From Ascoidea asiatica JCM 7603 (taxonomy: Eukaryota > Fungi > Ascomycota): 64,000 bases of DNA. The stretch is from NCBI GenBank assembly GCA_001600695.1, contig BCKQ01000005.1, forward strand, positions 403,307 through 467,306, written 5' to 3'. Numbering within the stretch: position 1 is the stretch's first letter; every line of letters starts with the position of its first letter. Below are positions 29,039 to 39,723 of this stretch, piece after piece. The position numbers and the translations under genes were made by a program. A model generated the notes under the pieces. That model was not told where the DNA came from. It ran no database searches and saw only the letters and a list, made by a program, of their open reading frames with translations.

Positions 29039-32000
29039 ATGTCTGAAGAAGACTATCGAAATGAAATTGAAAATAGTGCAGAGAATTCTTTATTGGCTTC
29101 TGCGATAAATGATGCGTTTAGTATCGTTGATTCGAATAAAGAAGATCCTATTGATAAGGTTCCTACTATAACATCTGTTGATAATAATGACGCTGACGCA
29201 TTATCCTTTGCTATAAATGATGCTTTTGAGAATGCCTTACTTCAAGAAAAAAAAAAAACCAATAAAGATAACGATTTTGATATCGAGTCTTCTCAAAACG
29301 AAAGTACCCAAAATCTTCTCTCTTCGGCTATCAATGAAGCCTTCCAATCGTCAGAACTTAATGTTGAAGTGGAAAACACTAAAATTGATCATAATCTTGA
29401 AAATAATAAAATATTATCTAAGAGTAATGATCCATTATCTTCAGCTATCAATGATGCCCTTGGAATAGTTCAAATTGACACAGACAAAGTATTGAATGAA
29501 GAACCTAGTCATGCATCATCACAAACCAATACATTAATAGCAGAAGCTATTAATCAAAATTTTGATATGGATCAGCCAAATGTTAATGATTCATCTTATG
29601 GTTTTAATACCAAAAATAAAGATCCATTATCCTCAGCAATTTCAGATGCTTTGAATTGGTCTCAAATAGATTTAAATGAAGCTACTCAAAATGATCATTT
29701 AACATCCGCAATTGAAGATGCACTTAATATAAGTCCTGAACAGAAAATAGATAATGAAAGTACTGTTCCAGATTGTAATCGAGAAGAATTTTCAGAACAC
29801 AGTCAAGAACCAAATCCGGAGGAAATTCTAGAGGAAATTCCAGAAGATACTTCAAATGATCCCCTTACCCATGCTATAAATGAAGCTTTGAACATAACTC
29901 GGTTGGTTGAAGACAAAAATACCGAAAAAGCAAAAGAAATCAAAGTCAATCCACTATCAACAGCTATTTCTGATGTTCTTAATAATATAACTTTAGATGA
30001 CTTAGAGAATCCAGATAATATTAGCAAAATTCCAATAAGTAGCAGACATGACTTGTCAAAACAAACTCGAACAATTTTAGAATCAGTGCGACATCTTCAA
30101 AGACCTATTCTAAATTCTTCCTTTCAGCCTTCCATATTTACTAGGTCTATAGACTACTACAGAAGTACATTAAAAGATAGTAGGGTTGATGCAATTAAAG
30201 ATGCTCTTAACGACATTTCACTAATAAACAATGAATCTGATGGATCATTATCAATTACAAACGATTCTTTATCTTTAGCAATCGAAAATGCTTTTAAGGA
30301 TATTTCTTTATCAGAGACAAAAGGAAAACCTAAGAAAAGAAGCTACAAAGATAAGAAAAAATCTCCAAGCATATCCCCTTTGAAAATTTCCGTTGACAAA
30401 GCAGCTAAACAAAACCAAGTCAGTAATTCTGCCTTGGAAAATGCAATTAATGATGCACTTAACGAGATTTCTGTTAATCTTCCAGAACCTGGAAATCAAA
30501 AAGAAGCTAGCTTATCACGTAATAATATTACAAGGCCTTCGCTTACTAACAAATTAGATAAAGCTATTAACGATGCTCTTGATGATATAATTGACTTTCC
30601 GATGATTGATGAGTCTAAACCTTTATCTGAGATAAAACTTCCCAGAAGAAATTTTCAATCAGAAAGATCACAAAGCTTTGCATCTAATCTTCCAAAGACT
30701 TTACCGAAGTCTACTCTAACATCTGACTTTTTAGCACATATTGATATTGATAAGGCTATAGAGTCGGCATTGCATTCCATAGGGAAAGCTAAGGCATCAA
30801 AAAGTATTACCAATGAAAAATCTGAAAAAACGCTAGTGGCTTCAAATCCTGTAGAAAATATTCTTAACAACCACTCAATTATGAACTCTATCTTTCAAGA
30901 TGCTATTGCTATGGCCTCGGGAATAACTGAAAATGCAGAGAAGAAAAAAAAAGTATCTGAATCTGAATCAAAGATTACTAAACTGGTTTCTAGTGAGAGC
31001 ATCGAAGAGAAAAGCTCAACTATTCCAAGTAAACAAAAATTGTCCATTGCAGAAACATTGGCATTCAACAGATCATCCATGAAAAATGCAAAGAGTAAAA
31101 ATTATTCTCGAATAGAATCACTTGAAAAAATCCCTGATACTGATGATATAACGCGAAAAGCACTAGAAAGTGCAATTCAGTTCTTATTGGAATCAGGTAT
31201 ACCCGATCGAGAGAGAATAAGAATGGATAATAGAGAAAGAAAAAAGAGATGGAGGGAAGAAAATTCTGATCGAAACAAGGATAACGATTTAAGGTGTCGA
31301 GTTCATAAAAAAGCAGAATTGCTTTTTGGGAAGGATGATTCTGAAAGTAAACAAGAATGGATTTTAGATGAATTCACTCGAAGAAAAGCCAAAAGACTTG
31401 AAAGAACAGACAAACAGAAAGATAAAAGATCACCAATCGGTACTTATAGCTATTCAAAATCATTAGAGCCCGCTGGTTTTCAGGAAAGTTCTACTTTGCA
31501 TAAACTGGATTTTGACTTAGAGTCTATACTAAAACAACTAAATTCATCTAGTAACCCTTCTAGGATTACGTCTCAATCAAAGCTCGTATCTATTTTGTCT
31601 GAAGTAATTTCCAAAATGGTCACTCAAAAATCGAACGATTTATCCAAAGATGAATCTATTCATGTTTCAGGTGTTCCACCATCTACTATATCAGCTTTTA
31701 GAGTTGGGACCAGTCAAATAAATACTTCTCCCACTAACATTTTACCCCCATCCAAGCTTCCTGATCCAGAATTGACACCTCTTTTCAAGAAAATTGCAAC
31801 TCTCCCATATAAGAAAACTGATTCTCTGAGAATGCAGAATTCTAGCGTTAAAAAAACCCTCGATGTTGAGAAGCTTACATCAAGTTCAACTGTGCCTTCT
31901 AAAAGAAAGGCTCTGGAGTTGGTAGGCTCGAATCCTAAGAAATTGACAAGTATTAATAGCTCTACCAAACCTTCTTCACTTTCGAATTTGAAAGCTAATG

Positions 32001-32245
32001 ATAATAAGCCTATAGAAGAAGAGCCCACCATGGAAAATATTATGTCATGGGCTTCCAAAAGTTCCTTTAAGTTACCTTCATATAAAAAGAAAGTTACACC
32101 ATTACCCAAAGTTGGTCTAGGTGTTCGTGGTGCCATTGGCAAGGCTGGTTTTAACCGTCCTACAGCATCTAAAGGGGGTGATCAAGCTAGACGTAGAAAG
32201 ATTGGCTTTCCTTCGTCACTATTAGCAATTGGGAAAGTAGTTTAA
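29039..32245 (+). CDS. SPP41: Spp41-like DUF3020 protein with repeated L-x-x-A-I-x-D-A-L/F helices
   Basis: RERIRMDNRERKKRWREENSDRNKDNDLRCRVHKKAELLFG...KQEWILDEFTRRKAKR is the DUF3020 motif; ATG 29039 directly follows the intron. Confidence 0.7.
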   Translation: MSEEDYRNEIENSAENSLLASAINDAFSIVDSNKEDPIDKVPTITSVDNNDADALSFAINDAFENALLQEKKKTNKDNDFDIESSQNESTQNLLSSAINEAFQSSELNVEVENTKIDHNLENNKILSKSNDPLSSAINDALGIVQIDTDKVLNEEPSHASSQTNTLIAEAINQNFDMDQPNVNDSSYGFNTKNKDPLSSAISDALNWSQIDLNEATQNDHLTSAIEDALNISPEQKIDNESTVPDCNREEFSEHSQEPNPEEILEEIPEDTSNDPLTHAINEALNITRLVEDKNTEKAKEIKVNPLSTAISDVLNNITLDDLENPDNISKIPISSRHDLSKQTRTILESVRHLQRPILNSSFQPSIFTRSIDYYRSTLKDSRVDAIKDALNDISLINNESDGSLSITNDSLSLAIENAFKDISLSETKGKPKKRSYKDKKKSPSISPLKISVDKAAKQNQVSNSALENAINDALNEISVNLPEPGNQKEASLSRNNITRPSLTNKLDKAINDALDDIIDFPMIDESKPLSEIKLPRRNFQSERSQSFASNLPKTLPKSTLTSDFLAHIDIDKAIESALHSIGKAKASKSITNEKSEKTLVASNPVENILNNHSIMNSIFQDAIAMASGITENAEKKKKVSESESKITKLVSSESIEEKSSTIPSKQKLSIAETLAFNRSSMKNAKSKNYSRIESLEKIPDTDDITRKALESAIQFLLESGIPDRERIRMDNRERKKRWREENSDRNKDNDLRCRVHKKAELLFGKDDSESKQEWILDEFTRRKAKRLERTDKQKDKRSPIGTYSYSKSLEPAGFQESSTLHKLDFDLESILKQLNSSSNPSRITSQSKLVSILSEVISKMVTQKSNDLSKDESIHVSGVPPSTISAFRVGTSQINTSPTNILPPSKLPDPELTPLFKKIATLPYKKTDSLRMQNSSVKKTLDVEKLTSSSTVPSKRKALELVGSNPKKLTSINSSTKPSSLSNLKANDNKPIEEEPTMENIMSWASKSSFKLPSYKKKVTPLPKVGLGVRGAIGKAGFNRPTASKGGDQARRRKIGFPSSLLAIGKVV

Positions 32246-32686
32246 TATTTTTATTCATTTGTTCCTTTTTATTATCTTTATTATAGTTATGGCTTTTATT
32301 TGATTTCTCGGTTTATGTGTTTCTTGCTGTATTTTATAAATTATTTCTTTTTTCTTTAATTTTATTGTATAATAGTTTTTTAGGATATTCTTTTTGCATT
32401 TTGGAATGCTTATAATAAATAATGGTTTATTTCATCAAACCATAAATTAGCAAGCGAATTATTTACATGAGTAAAAATGTTTTAATTATATGCAAATAAG
32501 CTTTTATTGAATTACAATTAATAATAAAAATAAAATTGTCAAACCAAGAATTATGAAACATAAAAGAAAAACTATATAAAAATAAAAAAAAGGAATAAAA
32601 ATTAAGAAAAGAATAGAAAGAGCTATAACTAGCTGTAAAAAAAAAAAAAAAACCAAATTTTGAAAAATAAAAAAAACCCAATTATA

Positions 32687-35212
32687 CTATACCAATTGTC
32701 TATAACTCATTGATGGAAGATTACTATCATAAAACTCATAATAATTAATAATTTCACCATTAAATCTTCCCAACCCACTTTCAGGTGAAATACGTACCAA
32801 ACTTTTAATGCCATTATTAAGTCTATCATCATTAAGCCAAAAATCTAAACAATTCACTTTAAAACCATTATTATATTTATTTTTATTTTTAAACCAATTA
32901 ACTCTATCTCTATTAAAAAATAAAAATAATTGATTGATACCTGTTACTCTTGCAAAAGAAGAAAAACAAGTTAATTGTTTCGATGATTTTCTTAATCTAC
33001 TTGAAGAACTACTTGGAGCTGTAGAACCAGAAGAAAAATTACCAGAATCTAAATGATTTGAATTTGAATTAATACTTGAGTTGGAATTATCTAAATTACT
33101 ATTGATATCAATATTAAAATCTGGAGGTAAAGAAGAATAATGAGAATTACTATTTTCTTGAAATTTAAAAGAATTTTGAAGTTCATTTGCTTCATTAGTT
33201 GTTAAGTTTATAGATACTTGTAATAATTGAGATATTACTAAAAAAGTTATCCAAACACCTTGAAATATTAAAAAGCATAAAAGTATAAAAGTTGAAAATG
33301 AATAATTATAGCCATAACAAGCAGCATTTGGTAAAATAGCACATTCTTTGTAAGGTAAATCAGTTGAATTTGAAGTTTGATTATAATGATAATTATATAA
33401 TTGAATAAAATAATTTAAACAAAGATAAGTAAAATTAACAATTGCTAACTGTAAAAAAATTATGAAATATAAAAAAATTTTATGATTTCTTAAACCAACA
33501 TCATTATAAACCCAAGGACAATAATGATCAAATTTTGCAACAACCGATTTATAAAGTCGACTATATTTACTTCTTAAAGGTTTTCTAACATAAGTTCTAA
33601 TACAAAAATTTTTTGAATCAAATTTACCAATTTTTATTAAATTTTTTATAATTTTTTGAATTGAATCAGGTTTTTTAATTAAACCTGGATTTAAAAACAT
33701 TGATTTAAAAAAATTTAATAAAACTAAAATTGATAAAATTAAAAATGAGAAATTTAAAAAAGGATTTAAATAATAAGTTTTTGGAAAAATTATTAAAATC
33801 CAAAATGAAATTGTGAAAAAAATTGTTGAAAAACAAATTCCAGATAAAAATGGAGATCTTATAAAAGAAGATTTTTCATTTGAATAATTTTGAATTAAAC
33901 TTTTAGTAAAAATAATTAATAAAGAAATTATTGATATTAAAGATGTAAAAATTAATAATTTATTAAAATTAGAATTTTGATTATTAACTTGATAATTATA
34001 ATTTAAAAAATTACAAGAAAATAAAATTGTAAAAATTATTGGAAAAGGTATTAAAAATGTTAAAATTTTTGCAATATTTTTTTGTTTTGAGGAATTATTT
34101 AAAAATCTAATATTTTTATTTGCATTTAATAAATTTCTATCAGATTCTTTTAAAGCAATTTTAAAATTTTTTAAAGTATTCATTTCTTTTGCAATTTGAA
34201 AAGCATTTTTACCTTCATTTGTTTTTAAAAATGGATCAGCACCATTATTTAATAAATTTTTTAAAATTGATTTATTACCTTTAATTAAAGCCCAATGTAA
34301 AGGAGTAAAACCAGTATTATCTAATAAATTTACATTTGCATTAAAATTAGTTAAAAAATCTACAGATAATGAATCACCTTGATAAGAAGCCCAATGTAAA
34401 GCAGTTCTAAGATTTGAATCAGATTGATCAATTGACATACCAGTCATTATAATTATATAAATAACTAACATAATATTTGAAGAATGTACAGCTAAATGTA
34501 AAGAATTAAAACCTTCAGCATCAGTTTTAAAAGGATTTGCACCATTTGAAATTAAATAATCTACAATATAAACTAAACCAAATTTACAAGCCCAATGTAA
34601 AGGAGTTGCATTTAAATCACCACCTTTATGATCTAATTTTGCACCTTTTGAAATTAAATATTTTATTATTGATAATCTATTATTAATTGAAGCCCAATGT
34701 AAAGCAGAAATATTATCAGAAAGATAAGAATTTACATAAATTGGATTAAATTCTATTAAATTTTTTACAGTTTTTAAATCACCAGATTGACAAGATTTAA
34801 ATAATAAATTTAAATCATTTTCAAATTTTATTTTAATATTTAATTGTGGTTGTTGAGATAATGGAGTTAATGAACGAGATTGAGAACGAGAATCAGATTG
34901 TGAGCGAGAGTGAGTTTGAATTTGAGGTTGAGATTTAGAACGAGAATGAGTTTTATTTAGATAATTAATATCATTATTATCATCATCATTATCATTATCA
35001 TTATCATTATCATTATCATTATCATTATCATAACTCTTTACAGAAATATTATTAAGAATAGATTGAGAATCATTTGAAAGTAAAGAATTTTTAGATATGA
35101 TTGAATTATTTGAAATTATTGATTTATTTGCATTGAAAGAATCATCTGGAATTGAAGAAGAATTTTGATTCAAAGAATCATTTAAAGTCTTTAATTCAGT
35201 ATCATTACTCAT
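32687..35212 (-). CDS. AKR1: Palmitoyltransferase Akr1 (ankyrin repeats + DHYC cysteine-rich domain)
   Basis: ALHWASINNR, TPLHWA, LHLAVHSSNIMLVIY, ALHWASYQGDSLSV; NFCIRTYVRKPLRSKYS...VAKFDHYCPWVYNDVGLRNHK. Confidence 0.95.
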   Translation of the reverse strand: MSNDTELKTLNDSLNQNSSSIPDDSFNANKSIISNNSIISKNSLLSNDSQSILNNISVKSYDNDNDNDNDNDNDNDDDNNDINYLNKTHSRSKSQPQIQTHSRSQSDSRSQSRSLTPLSQQPQLNIKIKFENDLNLLFKSCQSGDLKTVKNLIEFNPIYVNSYLSDNISALHWASINNRLSIIKYLISKGAKLDHKGGDLNATPLHWACKFGLVYIVDYLISNGANPFKTDAEGFNSLHLAVHSSNIMLVIYIIIMTGMSIDQSDSNLRTALHWASYQGDSLSVDFLTNFNANVNLLDNTGFTPLHWALIKGNKSILKNLLNNGADPFLKTNEGKNAFQIAKEMNTLKNFKIALKESDRNLLNANKNIRFLNNSSKQKNIAKILTFLIPFPIIFTILFSCNFLNYNYQVNNQNSNFNKLLIFTSLISIISLLIIFTKSLIQNYSNEKSSFIRSPFLSGICFSTIFFTISFWILIIFPKTYYLNPFLNFSFLILSILVLLNFFKSMFLNPGLIKKPDSIQKIIKNLIKIGKFDSKNFCIRTYVRKPLRSKYSRLYKSVVAKFDHYCPWVYNDVGLRNHKIFLYFIIFLQLAIVNFTYLCLNYFIQLYNYHYNQTSNSTDLPYKECAILPNAACYGYNYSFSTFILLCFLIFQGVWITFLVISQLLQVSINLTTNEANELQNSFKFQENSNSHYSSLPPDFNIDINSNLDNSNSSINSNSNHLDSGNFSSGSTAPSSSSSRLRKSSKQLTCFSSFARVTGINQLFLFFNRDRVNWFKNKNKYNNGFKVNCLDFWLNDDRLNNGIKSLVRISPESGLGRFNGEIINYYEFYDSNLPSMSYRQLV

Positions 35213-36438
35213 GATTTTATTTAATGAATTGAGATCCTTTCTAATTGTCTACTTATTCAAAAGAAGGTCTCCAGAAATATTATTATTATTTATTATTTAT
35301 TATTAATACAAATACAGAAGTATATTTATTTGATGTCGATGTCTATGATTTCCAGTTACGTTGATAAATAAATACCAAATATTACCAAATAATACCAAAT
35401 ATTACCAGTTACCATAAAAACCGGACTGAGCGACTGGAACGGCACGGAGAATCCGCCTGTGGAATTGTAAAACCTATGTACCGTGGCGCGGAAATATTTA
35501 AATCCAGCGACACGGTCTCAATGCAAGTATGTGTGTACTGGTGCAGTAGTATAGAGTACCGCACCACTGGTAATATAATTTTTTCAAAATAGGATCCGTA
35601 TTTCTGGCGACGGATTTGCGGGTATCCATCCGTTCTACCCGGTCACATGCGTTTTGTGCCGCGTGCCAGGGGGAGGGCCACGTCAGCAGCTCCCGGGCAA
35701 CGCCCACTCTCGCCAGTATCTAGAACTGCACCGCTGCGATTCCAGCCTGGGAATGCACGCTCCGTGGATGGATTGTCGTATAGCCCTGCTGCACGCCGCT
35801 CTCGATAAACGACAGTTAGAATCGCTCTTTTTCGCCTGTCGATTATCTCCACACACTTTTGGCTGATTTTGTTTGGTTTTTCACTTTTTTGCTTGTTTCT
35901 GTTTCTTTCTGTTTGTTTTCTTGCTTTTAGTTATTTATTTTATTTTATTTTATTTATTTACATTTATTTTTCATATTTATTTTCATTTTTCATATTTTTC
36001 ATATTTTTCATATTTTTCATTTTACATACTGTAACTTACAATAGTGAACCAATTCCTGTAGAATTTACACTCCTTACCAATATTAGTATTATTTCACTTT
36101 CTTTCACTTTATTTTATTTTGTTTTTTTATTGTTTTTTTAATCAAATTATCAATAAATAGATTAATAACATACTGAAGGATATTTATCGATCAACTTGTT
36201 AGTCAAATAAACAAGTTATTTTCTATCTCACGTTACTCTTTTGTTTTTATTATTTATTGTTATTACTTTATCACTTTAACTTCATAATTAGTTTTCTGAA
36301 AAGAAATATCATGATAAAAATAAAAATCAATATTTTTTTCTATTCTTTATTTATTTAAATTCAATTCAATTATACCTTTTTTCTTATTTCTTATTTCTTA
36401 TTTCTTATTTCTTATTTTTTACTTAGACATAATCAAAA

Positions 36439-37398
36439 ATGAGTAATATAAAATTTATTAGTCAAATACCTATAGAATATGGATATCCATCATTAGATAA
36501 TCCATTTGGATTAAAATTATTTCCAATTTATTCATTTATTTATAAAAAAATTATTGGTTATTCACCAGAAGATTTTGAATTTATTTCTGGTAAAACTTTT
36601 ATGGCAAATGGTAATTTAGTTATAATTATGATGTTATTATATTATTTAATTATATTTGGTGGTAAATATATTTTATTAAAATTTAATATTAGAAAATTTA
36701 ATTTAAATTATTTATTTCAAATTCATAATTTATTTTTATCAACATTTAGTGGAATTTTATTATTATTAATTATTGAAGAAATTTTACCAATTTATTTTAA
36801 AAATGATTTTTATTTTACAATTTGTAATAAAAATGGTGGTTTTACAAAAAAAATTGTTAGTTTATATTATTTAAATTATTTAACAAAATATTGGGAATTA
36901 TTTGATACATTATTTTTAATTTTAAAAAATAAAAAATTATTATTTTTACATGTTTATCATCATGGTGCAACAGCTTTATTATGTTATACACAATTAATTG
37001 GTCATACATCTGTTGAATGGGTACCAATTTCTTTAAATTTATCTGTTCATGTTATAATGTATTTTTATTATTTTTTATCTGCAAGAGGTATAAAAGTTTG
37101 GTGGAAACAATGGGTTACAAGATTTCAAATTTTACAATTTATTTTAGATTTAATAGCTGTTTATTATGCATGTTTTGAATATTATACTGATAAATATTTT
37201 TCATGGATTCCACATAGAGGTTCTTGTTATGGTAGTGAAACTGCTTCAATTTATGGAGTTTTAATTTTAACAAGTTACCTTTTTTTATTTATTAGTTTTT
37301 ATATCACCATTTATAACAAAAAATCTTCAAAAACTTCAAAATCTTTAAAGTCTTCAACAAGTTCATTGCCAAATCAAAAAAAAACTAAAAAAATATAA
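36439..37398 (+). CDS. ELO3: Very-long-chain fatty acid elongase Elo3/Sur4
   Basis: PSLDNPFG, LYYLNYLTK, LLFLHVYHHGATALLCYTQLIGHTSVEWV, GIKVWWKQWVTRFQI, ILTSYLFLFISFY; C-terminal KxKxx ER-retrieval motif; next to STP3/4 as in S. cerevisiae. Confidence 0.9.
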   Translation: MSNIKFISQIPIEYGYPSLDNPFGLKLFPIYSFIYKKIIGYSPEDFEFISGKTFMANGNLVIIMMLLYYLIIFGGKYILLKFNIRKFNLNYLFQIHNLFLSTFSGILLLLIIEEILPIYFKNDFYFTICNKNGGFTKKIVSLYYLNYLTKYWELFDTLFLILKNKKLLFLHVYHHGATALLCYTQLIGHTSVEWVPISLNLSVHVIMYFYYFLSARGIKVWWKQWVTRFQILQFILDLIAVYYACFEYYTDKYFSWIPHRGSCYGSETASIYGVLILTSYLFLFISFYITIYNKKSSKTSKSLKSSTSSLPNQKKTKKI

Positions 37399-38552
37399 TT
37401 TTAAATATAATTAATTAAAAAAAAAAAAAATCATTAATATATTCACCATTTATCATTTTCTTTTATTTATGTATTTATGTATTTATCCCCATATATTTAT
37501 ATTATATTTTATATTTTATATTTTATATTTTATATTTTATATTTCAATTATTTCTTCAATCTATTTCATTAATAACTTTTTTTTAGTTTTCCATTTGATA
37601 ATACTGCTATTTTAATAACTTATTTCAATCATTTTAATAATCAATCTTTAATCAATTAACATTACACTTCTTTTATTTCTGTTAAAAGTTAAATTTTTCA
37701 AATATTTTTTTAGATGAATCCAATTTTGCGGATCTCCTAATAGATAAACCTCATTTGGAAACGTAATTCGAAAATATATTTCCACGTGATGTAAACAGAC
37801 CATGTAACGTTAGCCGTGCTAGCCAGACTTGTTTTGTGCAAAGTGAGAAGAAAAGTGAGAAGAATCTCCGAGAAGGAGCCGGTTGGCAGCTGGCGTTTAG
37901 CACGCTGGGGAAACCGGTAGCCGGCCTCAGAAATAGACTCAAATATACTTTATCCGAGCACTTAGTGGAGCAGGGCCACCACAACCAGCCCAGCGGATCC
38001 CGCTCAGCCAGCTGATGCGACAGCCCACCGATTTCTGCCGTGTTCTCCTAGTCCTTTCCCGGTCCTTTTCCAGTCCTTTTCCAGTCCTTTTCCAGTTGTT
38101 TGCCTGTTGTTTCCTTGTTCTGTGGCAAGTCTCTGAACGCCAGGCGGTGCAGCCTTGCTAAGAGCTGCCTGCACCATTTCTGCTCCTGTTTGGGTCCTCG
38201 CCTCCACCGCCACCAGCCCAGGCCGTTGGGATCTTCAGCCGTGCTTGCCGTGGAAATTGACGCAAACCAGCTCCGATTACCTAATCGGCTGGTCACGCTA
38301 CCGCTGCTACCGCTGCTACCACCAGAACTCATTTATCCGCTTTCCATGCACCTCGACACCAGCGTTAACAGTTACAGCAGAAAACTGTGATTATGATTAT
38401 GATTTCGAAATATTATCTCGAAAACACCCTTTATTGAAAAGTAAATACTTTTCCTTTACTTCTCTTCTCTCTGCTCCTACAAATACAAATACAAATACAA
38501 ATATTCAAACTCCATGACTAACAACAAGTCTGCTTTTAATCATCTCTTCTCT

Positions 38553-38607
38553 TCTTCTGAGTCTCTTCTGAGTCTCTTCTGAGTCTCTTCTGAGTCTCTT
38601 CTGAGTC
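38553..38607. repeat. 11-bp tandem repeat (TCTTCTGAGTC)x5
   Basis: Read directly; followed by a degenerate copy. Confidence 0.9.
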
Positions 38608-39121
38608 TCTTCTTTTGAGTCTCTTTTGTTTCTGAGTGTGATCGCAGTAAAAATTCAGTTCCATTTTCATCATTCGAGTGTTTTCTTTACTTTACTTTGC
38701 TTTGCTTTCGAAATCGATTCCGAGATTATTTACCTCAAGAGATAACCAAAAACAAATTCAGCCATTGATTTATCTTATGATTCCAATCTGAACCTGGCTA
38801 TTAAACTTTTTCTTCCTCACATTTCAATAGTCTTTTTTAGTTTTTTTATTTATTTATTTATTTATTTATGTCTGTTCAATTTCACAAAAAGAACTCGAGA
38901 TTATTTCTCAAATCATAAACAAAAACAATTATCCATCCATAACTTAAAAAACAAAAAAAAAAAGACCTCTTGACTTTAGATTTAAACACTGGAAATTCTC
39001 TTATATTTCTTCTGACTATTTTACTAATCATAATTCAAAAAATTAGATTTATTAAAACATATCTTTAAATTTCGGCAAAAGTATATACTTTAACCCCAAA
39101 CTAATAATATATTATTAGTAT

Positions 39122-39123
<2 letters not shown>

Positions 39124-39155
<32 letters not shown>
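39124..39155. repeat. (AT)n microsatellite upstream of STP3/4
   Basis: About 15 AT units read directly. Confidence 0.9.
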
Positions 39156-39158
<3 letters not shown>

Positions 39159-39288
39159 TTCAATTTCTCAATTTTTTCTCGATTGTATAATATATTATTA
39201 TTTCTTTTCATTTCACTTCACTTCATTTCATTTCATTTTATTTCATTTCATTTCATTTATATTATTAATACATACTTCACCTTCCAAA

Positions 39289-39394
39289 ATGAGTAACGGT
39301 ACTTTCAATTTCTCTTCAAATAATCAATATACAAATCAATTCAATAATCAATGTAATAATCAATATCTCATTAACCAATGTAATAATACTAGTA

Positions 39395-39438
<44 letters not shown>

Positions 39439-39690
39439 CCAATCATTGATAAAAATAACCAATTTAATTCAAATTATATAAAATTACCTCCACTTATAAT
39501 GCCTCAATCAAATTTAAATATAAATTCAAATATAAATATAAATTCAAATCCATTGGATTCATATCAATTAAATTCAAATTTAAATTCTTTAAACTCTTTA
39601 AATAATAATTTAAATAATAATTTAAATCAATTTTCATTACCTCCTTTATCTTCAATTGATATAATAAATCAGAATATAAACAATAACAAC

Positions 39691-39723
<33 letters not shown>

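Noticed and set aside
33490-33540. DHYC instead of DHHC as an inactivating change
   Set aside because: DHYC is the normal active motif in Akr1 orthologues.
35498-36141. Overlapping 69-90 aa ORFs in the AKR1-ELO3 intergenic region
   Set aside because: They arise from stop-poor GC-rich or poly-T sequence on both strands; codon usage is unlike real genes and there are no recognisable motifs.
37751-38517. Five overlapping ORFs in the GC island upstream of STP4
   Set aside because: Mutually overlapping, repeat-derived peptides with no homology signal.
38553-38607. Regular repeat as a CRISPR array or telomeric repeat
   Set aside because: Head-to-tail 11-mers without spacers, eukaryotic context, internal location and only five copies.
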